Part shown: piece by piece, positions 14,101 to 26,300 of the stretch
How positions within the stretch are numbered: position 1 is the stretch's first letter
How the letters are laid out: every line of letters starts with the position of its first letter
The notes under the pieces: model-generated
Told to the model about the DNA's origin: nothing
Database searches by the model: none
What the model saw: the letters and a program-made list of their open reading frames with translations, nothing else
Position numbers and translations under genes: made by a program
Source: Mobula birostris
Taxonomy: Eukaryota
DNA length: 64,000 bases
Reading direction: 5' to 3'
NCBI RefSeq assembly: GCF_030028105.1
Contig: NC_092384.1
Span: forward strand, 17,057,629-17,121,628

Positions 14101-17100
14101 TTTGTCTCCATATACACTTTAGCACTGTCACACTTGATTGGTCCTATTCTCCAACGTCTTATCCTTTTGCTCTTCACATACTTTTTGGTAGAGGAAGATT
14201 ATGATCAATTACAACCTAGGCATGGATATGTCTGTGAGTGCATGAGAACCGATGACAATCTGAGTTGTACAACGCTGCTTCAATGGTCCGTAGTTCCCGA
14301 GGAGTGCAAAGGTGACAGTTGTCCCTGCGTAAGCTGTTGGAGAAAGGAGGAAAAAGCAAATAACTGCGGAAGGAAAAAAAAAGATGACGAGAAAGCTAAA
14401 TAGCATGGGAACCAGGGTTAGCCAGGCGACTGAACACGACAGCACCGAATTAGTTTAGTATAATATCAGAAGATGATAGTGGAGATTTCCTATTCAAAAA
14501 TGAAGGCCTGCAATTGCTGATGTACTGAAGAGGGCAGTTCAGGTTTCAGTACTGTTTGTCATTTAGTTCCGAACCACCTAAAAGGATAATATTGTTAACA
14601 TCTTTAATACCTTCGGGGAGGCAACGAAATTCCTGATGCAATAGAAAGCAAAAGCTAACCAAGACAATGAACTGGGAAATGGTCCTTCAATTTCAGATAT
14701 GATTTAACTTGGACAATGGCGAAGTGTTGCATTTTGTTTGGTTAAAATAAATCTGGAATTACACAGTAACTTGCCCTGGGGTTTGAAGTAGAACGCAGGG
14801 ACTGAGGGCAAGTGGCGACGGAGGTGGACAGAAAGGTATAGAAGGTGTTTGTCACAATTCACACAACAGTGGGGGCAATGTGTGCAGGGTCTGGACTGTC
14901 CTGTTATACTATACACGTCGTTAGTGAAACAAGAAGAGTATTCTGTTCGTTACTGATCGCCCAGCTATAGAAAACTCATGACAGTCCTTAACACAATGCA
15001 GAAAGGACTTACGAGTTTGTTATCAGGACAGCAAGCTTTTAGCTGTAGCGAGAGGCTGGGGCTATTCTTTCATGAGTACAAGAGGTTGAGAGATGACCTT
15101 ATATAGGAATATAAAATGGCGAGGGGGGTAGGCAGACCTAGGTTACAGTTTTTTACCCAGGATAAATTAATCGAAATCAGAATACAGCAATTCAAGGTGT
15201 GATAGAAAATATTTGAAATGGCTCTAGGGAAGGTTTTCAACAAATAGGAGCTTGGTAAAAGTAAAATGTACTAGATGGGTTCGGTAGCAATGTGTGCAAT
15301 ACAGTTAGATTGGTATGTTAAGTAATGTTGAGACCAAAAGGATTTCAAGAGACAAAAATGGTCCTCTGGGAGACCAGAATGATAATCTACGCATGGAGCC
15401 AAAAGAGAATGGGGAGATCTTAAATGTATTTTTTGATCTGTATTTACTCGGGAGCTGGACACAGGGTCTGTAGAAGTGACGCAAAAGAACATTGAGGCCA
15501 TGGTCTTGTATTTCCTCATTCAAATCTTCGAAAATTCCGTCCTGGACGAAAGGGAAACCAGCATGACTTATTACTGTATGCTCCTTCTTCCCTTCACTTA
15601 TCTCCAGCTATCTAAGGTACTCTCCGTCCCATCCAACACGGTACCTTTAGTTCCCAGTATACTTACTTTCCGCATATGTCAAACATTTTCTCCAAATGCT
15701 CGTTAAAGAATACTCACATCAGTAACAGAAGAAATTTTGCAGAGTTGCAGGCAATCCAGAACAACACACACAAAATTGTAAAGAAACTTAGCCGGGAATG
15801 AAGCATATATGGAAGAGAATAAACAGTCGATGTTTCGGGCCAAGACCCTTCATTAGCATTGGAAACGAAGAGGGAAAATGCCAGAATATAAAGATGGGGG
15901 AGTGGAAGTAGGTCCAACTAGAAGTTCATGGTTAAACCCCGGTGAGTGGGGGAGAGGCGATGAACTAAGAATCTGGGAGATGACAGAAGGAAAAGGAAAA
16001 TACTGTAGAATAAGGAGTTTGATAGGATATTAAATTAGAGCTTGGGAGAAAGGGAAGGAGGAAGGGCACCATAGAAAGGATATAGGTAGGTGAGGAGAAG
16101 AAGTAGGAGGCCAGAGTGTGGAACAGAAGAAGAGGGAAGGGAGAGAGAAAAATTAATGAAAGAAGAAATCCGTGTTCATGCCTCAGGCTGGAGGCTACCT
16201 AGACTGAAAATGAGGCGTTTATCCTCCACCCTAGGAGTAGCCTCATGGTGGCAGAAGAAGCCGAGAACCAAAATATCGCGACAAGAATGGGGATAGGAAG
16301 AGCAATGACTGGCTACCGGAATTTCCACTTTTTGTGGATGCAGTGGAGATGCTTGAAAAAGTGATCCGCTAATTTATATTATGTCGCACCAACGTAAAGT
16401 TGGTCGCGTCGGAGGTACCGGACAGAATAGACAAGCATAATAGATTCGGAGATGAATGTGTTACCTCACCAGGACTGACTATTTAGGGCCCTGAATGGCG
16501 CTGAAAAATTATATATCTCAAGTATAATTTTCATGTTGTCTTGGCCTGACAGGAACATTTTCCTTCTATTTGGATTTACATTTTTGATTCGAAACCAAAT
16601 GCTGTCTTCACCCAGGGATCTGCTCACGTTAGTACAGGTTTGAGAACACTTCATAGTCATTTAAAGAGGAAAATCAGTTTAGAATCTACCTCGGTGTTGT
16701 AATTCATCACAAAAATTTAAAAAAAGCCTTTTTTCATAGCGAGTCCACTTCTATTTTAAGGGTATGTTCAGATACATAGAAACAACATTGACAAATGTAG
16801 TTCTATATACCTTAACGAGGTGCTTTTAGAAACCTTGGACGCATTGGTAATCACTTTTCAATGTTCTATAGAGTCAGGATCAGTTCCTGTGGATTGGAGG
16901 AGGGTGGCTAATATTGTGCCACTTTTCAAGAAAGCAGGGAGAGAGAAAACGGGGAATTATAGACCGGTTAGTGTGACGTCAGTAGTGGGAAAGATGCTGG
17001 AGTCAATAATAAAAGATGAAATTACTACACATTTTGATAGCAGTAACAGGATAGGTCCGAGTCAGCATGCATTTACGAACGGGAAATCGTGCTTGTCTAA

Positions 17101-18796
17101 TCTTCTGGAATTTTTTGAGGATGTAACAATGAAAATGGACAAGGGAGAGCCAGTGGATATATCGTACCTGGACTTTCAGAAAGCCTTTGATAAAGATCCA
17201 CAGAGGAGATTAGTGGGCAAAATTAAGGCACATTATATTGGGGGCAGAGTAGTGACATGGATTGAAAATTGGCTGGCTGACAGGAAACAAAGAGTAGCGA
17301 TTAACCGGTCGCTTTTGGAATGGCAGGTGGTGACCAGTGGGGTGCCGCACAGTTTACAGCTGGGACTGCAGCTGTTTACAATATATATTAATGATTTAGA
17401 AAAAGGGATTAAAAGTAAAATTAACAAATTTGCAGATGACACAAAGCTGGGTGGCAGCTTTGAAATGTGAGGAGGATGTTATGATAATGCAGGGTGACTT
17501 GGACAGGCTGGGTGAGTGGACCGAAGCATGGCAGACGCAGTTTAATGTGGATAAATGTGAGGTTATCCACTTTGGTGGTAAGAACAGGAAGGCAGATTAT
17601 TATCTAAATGGAGTCAAGTTAGGAAAAGGGGAAGTGCAACGAGATAGAGGTGTACTTGCACATCAGTCAGTGAAAGCAAGCATGCAGGTACAGCAGGCAG
17701 TGAAGAAAGCTAATGGCATGCTGGCCTTCATAACAAGGAGAATTGAATATAGGAGCAAAGACGTCCTTCTGCAGCTGTACAGGGCCCTGGTGAGACCACA
17801 CCTGGAGTATTGTGTGCAGTTTTGGTCTCCAAATTTGAGGAAGGACATTCTTGCTATTGAGGAGTGAAGCTTAGATTCACAAGGTTAATACCCGGGATGG
17901 CGGGACTGTCATATGTTGAAATATTGGAGCGACTGGGCTTGTATACACTGGAATTTAGAAGGATGAGAGGGGATCTGATTGAAACATATAATATTATTAA
18001 GGGATTGGATACGTTGGAAACGCTGGAGGTAGGAAACATGTTCCCGCTGATGGGTGAGTCCAGAACCAGAGCCACAGTCTAAGAATAAGGGGTAGGCCAT
18101 TTAGAATGGAGTTGAGGAAAAACTTTTTCACCCAGAGAGTGCTGGATATGTGGAATGCTCTGCCCCAGAAGGCAATGGAGGCCAAGTCTCTGGATGCTTT
18201 CAAGAAAGAGATGGATAGAGCTCTTAAAGATAGCGGAATCAAAGGTTATGGGGATAATTGAGGAACTGGATACTGATTGTGGATGATCAGACATGATTAC
18301 AGTGAATGGCGGTACTGGCTCGAAGGGCCGAATGACCTACTCCTGCACCTATTGTCTGTTAAAATTCCGACTAGATTCCATTATTTTCTGATTCAAATTA
18401 AAATAATTCTCAACCCTTCTCCATGTATTCGCTCATGACAGGCTAGGCAAGGTTCTCGGCCCGAAAAGTCGACTGTCCTTTCCTTTCCATTGATGCCACC
18501 TCACGCTTTGAGCGCTGTGTAAACAAAATGTTTCTCTTGACATTGATATTGCTTTGAGTTTTTCTGTACTACTGTGAAGTATAACTGATTCCGCAATCGA
18601 TATAACCAAAAATTAAAATGTTAGAATTGTATTTTATTTTGACGTTCTGATGACCCTTTACTTTTTTGTCTTTGCAGAGTGCTCAAGCTTTAGAATAGAA
18701 ACACGGACTTTGCAGAACAACATGAGAAACTTTTATTTCGGAGGAAGAGGATTTGAAGTCACTTATTTTAGCATTGAGCCATTGTCTGTAACCTAA
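2142..18796 (+). CDS. Gene model: non-rearranging VJ-C1-TM(-ITIM) IgSF receptor (NKp30/NCR3-type V + C1-set), 7 coding exons, 326 aa
   Basis: Exons 2142-2196, 2365-2670, 4586-4882, 11960-12062, 12256-12308, 12591-12638 and 18678-18796 all have AG/GT boundaries and compatible phases (1,1,1,2,1,1). They sum to 981 nt (327 codons) with no internal stop, and AATAAA follows 15 nt after the stop. L/V/C1/TM are solid; the three tail exons are inferred. Confidence 0.75.
2365..2670 (+). CDS. V-set Ig domain exon with germline-joined J-like segment
   Basis: 306 nt, phase 1-1 (ttgtcag| ... a|gtaagt). VAKVTSAKVEQFPP..SMFCKF..VSWWK..TFTLLNVRYADAGLYYCQVKSQQQIFGNGNGSQLIVL: both canonical Cys, Trp, DxGxYYC and a GxGNGxxLxV G strand as in NKp30-type V domains. 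N-glycosylation sequon NES. Confidence 0.95.
3417..4170 (-). mobile_element. CR1 LINE 3' fragment in V-C1 intron
   Basis: ORFs 3410-3670 and 3910-4173 (LHFGRVN..KKAFGML..RPNLECCVRF), (CCATATAA) tail. Absent at the matching position of the paralog. Confidence 0.9.
4586..4882 (+). CDS. C1-set Ig domain exon
   Basis: 297 nt, phase 1-1 (tttgtag| ... g|gtaaga). PPTPLKI..LMCKTAAFYPKKLDIFWRKN..FEASSTL..YTCLVTHETL: C-x4-FYP, W and YTCxVxH motifs diagnostic of C1-set. Confidence 0.95.
6436..7657 (-). mobile_element. Younger CR1 LINE nested in the older CR1
   Basis: TQGSVLGPQLFTIYIND..FADDTKLGG, RPHLEYCV, RKDILAIEGVQRRFT; (CAATAGA) tail at 6436. Confidence 0.9.
9036..9381 (+). mobile_element. Rex1/Babar-type LINE 3' fragment
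   Basis: SHPLHNVL..RLIPPRCSTERHRKSFPPVAIKLYN followed by a (GACTAT)n tail. Confidence 0.7.
11590..11780. mobile_element. Short Penelope-derived terminal fragment
   Basis: gatgctggaact..ggaactcagcaggccaggcagca..cgaaacgtagact..ctgctgag, the recurrent PLE terminal repeat. Confidence 0.6.
11960..12062 (+). CDS. Transmembrane exon
   Basis: Long poly-pyrimidine tract then ccag|; the phase-1 frame gives EHKNKPLILGCALGGVAIVILIIIFVTSGVNRKR, a hydrophobic helix with no charged residue, a GxxxG (GCALG) and a basic stop-transfer sequence. Donor TG|GTAAGA (phase 2); read-through gives ..RKRW*. Confidence 0.85.
12256..12308 (+). CDS. Putative cytoplasmic exon 1
   Basis: gattttcag| ... caa|gtaata, 53 nt; converts phase 2 to phase 1: (C)HLGFGFSGRDFQRRIYT(T). 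Weak similarity to 32705-32745 in the paralog. Confidence 0.45.
12591..12638 (+). CDS. Putative cytoplasmic exon 2
   Basis: cccattag| ... gtag|gtgaaa, 48 nt, phase 1-1: (T)IKTISEEASQSGEFV. The paralog has a positionally matching ag|ccatt acceptor at 33020. Confidence 0.45.
   Translation, partial: PLKQFLRKQVRAENL
12680..14182 (-). mobile_element. CR1 LINE, internally deleted
   Basis: ORFs 13602-14177 (KSPGPDEMY..FDKVLH..QGSVLG), 13353-13577 and 12800-13033; (AAACATAG) tail. Confidence 0.9.
14183..15500 (+). mobile_element. Highly decayed CR1 fragments
   Basis: 14400-14570 aligns by eye to the reverse complement of 180-350 (CR1 RT); further CR1 3' remnants run to about 15500. Confidence 0.55.
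15720..16500 (-). mobile_element. Penelope-like fragment, shared with the duplicate at 33885-34650
   Basis: PLE terminal repeat plus the reverse of the GIY-YIG region; same position in both duplicated segments. Confidence 0.7.
16820..18358 (+). mobile_element. CR1 LINE RT to 3' end
   Basis: ORFs 16820-17470 (VPVDWRRVANIVPLFKK..NYRPVS..DFQKAFD..FADDTK), 17430-17867 and 17864-18082. Confidence 0.95.
18678..18796 (+). CDS. Putative terminal cytoplasmic exon with ITIM
   Basis: Strong acceptor cttttttgtctttgcag|. The phase-1 frame is the only long open one: (E)CSSFRIETRTLQNNMRNFYFGGRGFEVTYFSIEPLSVT*, with VTYFSI matching the ITIM consensus. The acceptor is conserved in the duplicate at 35091. 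Confidence 0.55.
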
Positions 18797-18810
18797 GTGT
18801 CGAGCTCAAA

Positions 18811-18816
18811 AATAAA
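18811..18816 (+). terminator. Polyadenylation signal
   Basis: AATAAA 15 nt after the TAA at 18794-18796. Confidence 0.5.
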
Positions 18817-18949
18817 CAAGTCTGCAAATCGATTTTTTTGTGCTACACGCAAACTTTACCCACAAAGGCTTTCCATGACATCATTAGGCTCGTTCATGCA
18901 GTTCTATTTTCTGCTATTTGCAACTTCCTGTCGACCTGCGTGAAAACTT

Positions 18950-19790
18950 TGTTGCAGGTCTTTAGCTAAAAGAAGAAATTGAATCGTGGTGTACAGACGG
19001 AAGGGGCCCGTCTCGAACATTCGGAACGAAATATTTATGCACCTGTTACTTTCCTTCCTCTTCACAGTACACTTCCTATGGCAACTTGTTGTATACATCC
19101 AAACTCATCTGTGTAAAAACCCTGCCATGCAGAGTTCTCCTTTAAATATTTCTTCTCTCGATTCAGAACGATGTCCTCTAGCTATAGCTCCCAGGCTTGG
19201 GAAATTGACTGCGAGTATCCACTATATTAATGTCTGTAGCAATATTTATCCAAATCTCATGTTATCCTCCAGCCCGCTGTTCTCCATAGTGAACAACCCA
19301 TTTCTATACAATTCATGAATTCCACCATAGTCTCCCCTTCACGGCAATGTCCCGGTGCATCTATACTGCAATCTTTCTAACTCTACCACGTGCATTCTAT
19401 CTTGTGGTGACCGGAAGTGCACACAACTCTCCAAGTGCGGCCTAGCCAATGGCTACAGCTGCAACATGACCTCTCAACACTTGTCAATACACCGTTAAGA
19501 GGGCAAGTAGGCTAAACGCCCTCTTATCTAATATCCTGATGTCTCGTCTTTTCAGGAGACAATCCATGTGCCCCCTAAGGTTCCTCTGTAAATCAACGCT
19601 TCCGTATACTGTATATTTCCTGTCTGTGTCAATGGTCCAGTAAATCATAAACACAAGAGATTCTGGAGATGCTGAAATCGAGAGCAATAAACACAAAATC
19701 CTGCAGGAACTCAGCAGGTCTGACAGTATTAGTGGAGAGGAATGAACTGTTGGGTTTTCTGGCCGAGGACCTTGATTAGCCTGGTTGCTC
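18950..19790 (-). mobile_element. Decayed CR1 3' fragment and PLE terminal fragment
   Basis: CR1 3'-like text at about 19070-19520; PLE terminal repeat at 19640-19790. Confidence 0.5.
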
Positions 19791-20788
19791 TTCTTCGGGA
19801 GTGGGAAGCAACGTTCCCTATAATTTTCCAGCAGCGTGGACCAACCATCGCTCTGAGCAGGAAATTTTTACACCGCTTGTGAGAGGATTATGCACGGGCT
19901 GCCACTATCTTAAGAGTAAGCTATCGATTTCTATTCTGAGTTTGTTGTGACAATTTGTACCAGTGTTGTAACGTGCAACACTGACAATCTAAGTACGTTG
20001 AAGTTCTAAAGAATTTTACATTAAATTTGTCGTATATTTATTATGCAGAAAAATTATGTTATATTCATTAGCACACAGTCATATGGCATTTCACAAATGT
20101 AATAATATAGATTTCATAATCATAAAAGCATAATTTCAAAATTCGATTAACATTATCTCAAAGAAAACTCCGGCTGCGTGACAGCAAATGCTATGTGCGC
20201 AGGAGCACTTCAGTTGCTGCGCGGCTGCATACCCGCACAGCTTAATGGGAACAGTGGGGTCAAGTGTATACAGACCACATTGAGAGGAGGTTGGTTTTCT
20301 AATAAACTGAACTGCGTCCACAAACTTCTGTAATGTTTTTTTTTACTGTCTTGGGCAGTCTCCCGCTGTCAAAATGTTGAATAATTTCATTTATTTGAAA
20401 CTTACAAAGAGCTTTGAATCACATCAAGGTTGAATATTGATGTACAGAAAATTCACATTGTGATCAATACAGACGCGAATTCCCCCATATAGCCATATAA
20501 CAATTACAACACAGAAACAGGCCTTCTCGGCCCTGCCGAACTCTTACTCCTCCTTCGAAAAAAATATCATTTTCATGTGGACACGTGGATAAAGTACTCG
20601 ACCAGAGAGGCATGTAACATTTTCGTTGGATTAAAAAAGGAGTCGTGCAGAAAAACTTAGCCAATGAATAAACAAAGCAATCCTCTTTGTCTTCCATTCA
20701 CAAAGTTTATTGCAGCGACAAACCACTTATTTGGAAATGTCGATAAAACCTGAAACTTTGAATAACATTTCAACGAGGGCCAGTGGAG

Positions 20789-22304
20789 TGTCATGGTCCG
20801 ATCTGTGAAGTCCACGTTCTGGTTCACGGTCAGGTCCGTGGACTACGGACTCCGGGTCTTTCGGCTGTTCCCTGTTTCAGATGCGCTTAATCATAGACAC
20901 CTGATGCTCGTCTTGGTGCTGGGAATATAAGTAACCCGGCGTTCGAGTGTGGTGGCTGATTCCTCATGTCAGTATGCTGTCCTCGCCTCCGCGGGGTAAG
21001 TCAGACCGTCTTTGCCATTACCCTGCGGTTGGATCTGTCCCTTCCTGTCCTTGCCTCTGTTGGATGAGCCAGGCCCTCCTTGCCGTTACCCTGAGGCTGG
21101 AATGTTCCCTACCCTTCCCCTTCCTTTTGAAGCCTTGCCTGCAACCTGTGTATGGAGCCTTGGCTGCAACCTTGTCAAGTTCAACCACCGGAGCGAGACC
21201 GAAGCTTTGTCGTTTGCCACTACCTAGTGTTGGGAACTTTCTCTGTGTCCACGCCTTTGCTTGGTAGGTCCGGCCGTTTTCCGCTACCTTGTGTCGGGAA
21301 CCGTCTCGTCGTGTTCAGTAATCCGTGTATGAGTCCCAGACCTACGTCCTGTTCTCAAGGAGTTGTCCCGGCTCTGTGTTTCAGGTTCCTGTCTCTCAAG
21401 TCCAAGGCTCCGTGTTCCCGTGCTGGAGACCAAGGCTCTATGTTCCTGTCCTCCCCAAGTCCAAGCCTCTGTGTTCTGCGTTCCGGCCGTTGCAAGTCCA
21501 AGGTTCTGAGGTTCCCGTCGTCCCAAGTCCAAGGCTGGGCTGTTCTTGACTACCAAGTCAAAACTTCGTGTTCTCGTCCTGTCCATGTGCCTCGTCCTGT
21601 CCACGTGCTTCGTCCTGGCTGGAGTACCCTCGTCTTGCCCAGGAGTCTCTCTTTCTGTCCTATAGCCTCTCCTAGTCCTGTCTCCCAAGACTACGTCATG
21701 TCTTCGCCTAGTTCCACAGTCCAAGCCGGAATCAAGACCCAGTCTCTGGCTTGAAGTCAGAACACAAACCTCGTCATGTCCTCGCCATGAAGTACCCAAG
21801 CCATGAAGTACCCAAGCCAGGTAGAACCCAAACCATGTCCCAGTCATGTAGCCACGTTATATCCTCGCCTAGTTCCGGGGTTCGAGCCCGAGTAAAGACC
21901 CTGGCTCTGGGTTCTTGTCCAGTCTGCTGCTCGGAGTCCAAGCCCATGCTCCTAGTTCCCAGTTCCTTGTCCGGGTCCCGCTTGCCTAGCCAATATCTTA
22001 TCCAAGTCTCTATTCTTATCCCAGCTCTCTAGAGAAGTTCTGCTCCTAGCACTTCAGTGTCTGTGTCTTGCATTTGGTTCCGCCACCAACGCCCCTCATT
22101 AGTCATAGTCATATTCATACCTATTGATCCCGAGGGAAATTGGGTTTCGTTACAGTTACACTAACCAAGATTAGAGTATAAATATAGCAATATAAAACCA
22201 TAAATAATTAAATAATGATATGTAAATTATGCCAGATGGAAATAAGTCCAGGACCAGCCTATTGGCTCTGGGTGTCTGACCCTCCAAGGGAGGAGGTTAT
22301 GACA
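20789..22304 (+). mobile_element. Solo LTR (TGTCAT...ATGACA) with 5-bp TSD
   Basis: TGGAG at 20784-20788 and 22305-22309 flanks the inverted termini; TATA-like ggaatataag near 20920. The site is empty in the duplicate near 35450. Confidence 0.85.
22091..22296 (-). mobile_element. Rex1-type 3' fragment nested in the solo LTR
   Basis: Reverse complement of the 9200-9380 sequence, including the (GACTAT) tail. Confidence 0.7.
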
Positions 22305-22569
22305 TGGAGATCCATTGCTCTACCTCCTGCATGACAGTATGCATTCAAATTTGTAAATATATCATTGTTCCTATTGATGTAGAGTTACCGGAAGTCTTAG
22401 CCAACAGGATAGTCAAATGCTATCTTCTCAGCCGAACGCGACGGAAGAATTAAATTTTGCCTCAGGAGGTGCTAACTTTATTCGCTGTTATTTTACTGAA
22501 ATTACGCAGTTCATTACCAGGAAACTTTACAAATGAATTCAGTACCCCTATTTATCGGATTCCCTGTGG

Positions 22570-23142
22570 GTTGGAGCACAATATGTCTATCCATGGCCTC
22601 CTCCACTGTCAAGATGAAGCCACACTCAGGTTGCAGGATCAACACTTTATATTCCGTCAGGATAGCCTCCAACCTGATGGCATGAACATTGACTTCTCTA
22701 ACTTCCCTTAGCGCCCCACCTCCCGTTCGTACTCCTTCGATTATTTATTTATTTATTTTTCTCTATCTCCTTTTTCTCCCTCTGTCCCTCTACCTATACT
22801 CCTTGCCCATCATCTTCCCCCCTTCCCCTTTCTTTCTCCCTACGCCTCCCATTCCCTGATCCTCTCTCTTCTCCGCCCTCGTATCCGTTTTGCCAATCAA
22901 CATTCCAGCTCTCAGCTACATTCCTCCTCCTCCTGTCTTCACCTATCATTTCGGATCTCCCTCTTCCCCTCCCACTTTCAAATATCTTACTATCTCTTCT
23001 TTCAGTTAGTCCTGACGAAGGGTCTTGGCCCGAAACATCGACTGTACCTCCTCCTATACATGCTTCCCGGCCTGCTGCGTTCACCAGCAATTTTTATGTA
23101 TGGTGCTTGAAATTCCAGCATCTGCAGATTTCCTCGTGTTTG
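22570..23142 (+). mobile_element. Penelope-like 3' fragment at the rearrangement junction
   Basis: MSIHGLLHCQDEATLRLQDQHFIFRQDSLQPDGMNIDFSNF* plus the PLE terminal repeat. Confidence 0.8.
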
Positions 23143-23309
23143 CTTTCTTCACTTTTCTTCCTTGAATAATTAGTGATAAAATCTACTTAATCGTCCTTGT
23201 GCCTCGACATCTATCTGAATATCTTTTTTTGGCATTGCAGTTTTTTTCATTTAACACTTTTTGAAATATATCGGAATGTGTGTTATGTAATGATATGCAT
23301 ACATTCAGT

Positions 23310-26300
23310 TATTTCATAAGAAAATAAGAAATAGGAGCAGCAGTAGGCCATCTGGCCCAACAAAACGATAAGATCATGGCCGATCTGACGAGGGACTCAT
23401 CTCCATCCACCCGCTGTTCACCATAATGCTGAATTCCCCTGCTATGCAAAAATATATCCAATCTCGTAGTAAGTATATTTACTGAGGTGCCCTCCACCGC
23501 TTCATTGGGTAGAGACTTCACCGCTCTTTGCGAAAAGCAGTTCCTCCTCATCTCCGTCCTAAATTTACTCCACCGAATCTTGAGGCCATGTCCCTATTTC
23601 TAGCAACACACTTCAAAGTTGCTGCTGAACGCAGCAGGCCAGGCAGCATCTGCAGGAAGAGGTACAGACGACGTTTCGGGCCGAGACCCTTCGTCAGGAC
23701 TAACTGAAGGAAGAGCCAGTAAGAGATTTGAAAGTGGGAGGGGGAAGGGAGATCCAAAATGATAGGAGAAGACAGGAGGGGGAGGGATGGAGCCAAAAGC
23801 TGGACAGGTTATTGGCAAAAGGGATAGGAGAGGACCATGGGACAGAAGGCCCAGGGAGAAGGAAAAGGGGGAGGGGAAAAACCCAGAGGTGGGTAAGGGG
23901 TATAGTCAGAGGGACGGAGGAGAAAAAGGAGAGAGAAAGAGGAAGAATGTGTGCATAAAAATAAGTAACGGATGGGGTACGAGGGAGAGGTGGGGCATTA
24001 GCGGAAGTTAGAGAAGTCAATGTTCATGCCATCAGGTTGGAGGCTACCCTGACGGAATATAAGGTGCTGTTCCTCCACCCTGAGTGTGGCTTCATCTTTA
24101 CAGTAGAGGGGACCGTGGATAGACGTGTCAGAATGGGAATGGGATTTGGGATTAAAATGTGTGGTCACTGGGAGATCCTGCTTTCTCTGGCGAACCGAGC
24201 GTAGGAGTTCAGCAAAGCGGTCTCCCAGTCTGCGTCGGGTCTCGCCAATATATAAAAGGCCACATCGGGAGCACCGGACGCAGTATATCACCCCAGCCAA
24301 CTCACAGGCGAGGTGTTGCCTCACCTGAAAGGAGTGTCTGGGGCCCTGAATGGCGGTAAGGGAGCAAGTGTAAGGGCATGTGTAGCACTTGTTCCGCTTA
24401 CAAGGATAACTGCCTGGAGGGAGATCAGTGGGGAGGGATGGGGATGACGAATGGACAAGGGAGTCGCGTAAGGAGCGATCCCTGCAGAAGGCAGAGAGAG
24501 TGAGGGAGGGAAAGATGTGCTTAGTGGTGGGATCCCGTTGGAGGTGGCGGAAGTTACGGAGAATAATATGTTGGATCCGGACGCTGGTGGGGTGGTAGGT
24601 GAGGACCAGGGGAAACCTATTCCTAGTGGGGTGGCGGGAGGATGGAGTGAGAGCAGATATGCGTGAAATGGGGGAGATGCGTTTGAGAGCAAACTTGATG
24701 GTGGAGGAAGGGAAGCCCCTGTCTTCAAAAAAGGAGGACATCGCCCTCGTCCTGGAATGAAAAGCCTCATCCTGAGAGCAGATGCGGCGGAGACGGAGGA
24801 ATTGCGAGAAGGGAATGGCATTTTTGCAAGAGACAGGCTGAGAAGAGGAATAGTCCAGATAGCTGTGAGAGACAATAGGTTTATAGTAGACATCAGTAGA
24901 TACGTTGTCTCCAAAGAAAGAGACAGCAAGATCTAGAAAGGGAAGGGATGTGTCGGAAATTGACCAGGTAAGCTTGAGGGCAGGGTGGAAGTTGGAGGCA
25001 AAGTTAATGAAGTCAACGAGCTCAGCATGCGTGCAGGAAGCAGCGCCAATTCAGTCGTCGATGTAGCGAAGGAAAAATCGGGGACAGATACCAGGATAGG
25101 TTTGGAACATAGATTGCCTATTTCTAGTCTCACTTACTAGTAGAAACAAATTTCCTACCTCTCATCTATGCTTTCTATAATTTTATACGTTTCTAGAAGC
25201 TCTCAGTCATCCTTCTGAATTCCAGCGAGTACAGTCTCAGGTGACTCAATCTCTCCTCATAGTCTAACCCGCCCATGTATGAAATCAATCTGATGAACCT
25301 CATCTGCACCACCTCCAAAGCCAGTCTAACCTTCCTCTAGAAAGGAGACCAGAACTGCATGCAATACTCTAGATGGAACCTCACGAGTACCATATCCTTT
25401 TTCAGCATAACCCCCCTGTTCTTAAGTTTAATCCCTCTAGCAATGAAGGCTCACATTCCATTTGTCTTCTTGATAGTTTGCTGCACCTCCAAACGAACCT
25501 TTTGCGATCATGCACAAACACTACTAAGACCTTCTGCTCAGCAACATTCTGCAATCTTTTACCCTAATAATCTGATCTTCCATTGTTTCTTACAAAGTGG
25601 ATAAAGTCGCATTTACTAATGTTGTACTCCATCTGCAAGACCCTTGCCCACTCATTTAACCTATCTGTATCTCTCTGTAGACTCTCCGTATTCCATGCAC
25701 TGTTTGCTTTTCCACTCAATTTAGTGTCATCAGCAAACTTCGATACACTGCATTCAATCCTCTCTTCCAGATTGTTATTGTTTATCGTGAACAGTTGAGA
25801 TGATTGCCACCAGAGGACAACCCATGTATCCCAGCTCCCTGCTTTCTAATAGTGAACACATTCTCTATCCATGCTAAATCATCACCCCAACTCTATGCAT
25901 CCTTATCATATGGATAAATCTTTTATGTTGCACTTTAACGAACGCCTTCTGAAAATCCGAGTAAGTAACGTCCATCTGTTCCACTCTAACCACTGCACTC
26001 ATTATATCCTCAAAGATATCCAGCAGTTTGTCAAACAGAATCTGCCTTTGATGAATCCATGCTGTGTCAGACTGATGGACCACCTCTTTAGCTATTTTAT
26101 CGATATCCTCACCTCCCATCGCATCCATCTGTCTGCCCTTTCATTATTGCTCACTTATTGTTTCGATTAGTGCTTGCTTTTTAAAGTTTTCCTAATCCTC
26201 CAATTTGCCATTACTCTTGGCGACTTTGTACTCACGAGCTTTCAGTTTAATGCCTTCCTTTAATTCTTTAGTTATCTATGGCTGGCTCTCCTCACCCTTA

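Noticed and set aside
14192-14233. Apparent 42-nt exon EEDYDQLQPRHGYV (ITAM-like, good AG/GT, phase 1-1)
   Set aside because: It lies in a decayed CR1 RT fragment (RHGYV corresponds to CR1 QHGFV), the Tyr spacing is too short for an ITAM, and inclusion would create TAG at the next junction.
19860-19930. Reverse-strand similarity to the TM exon (acaagcgg.gt.aa)
   Set aside because: Short match; the surrounding region belongs to the forward-strand tail segment of copy 1, so it is not collinear with the inverted block.
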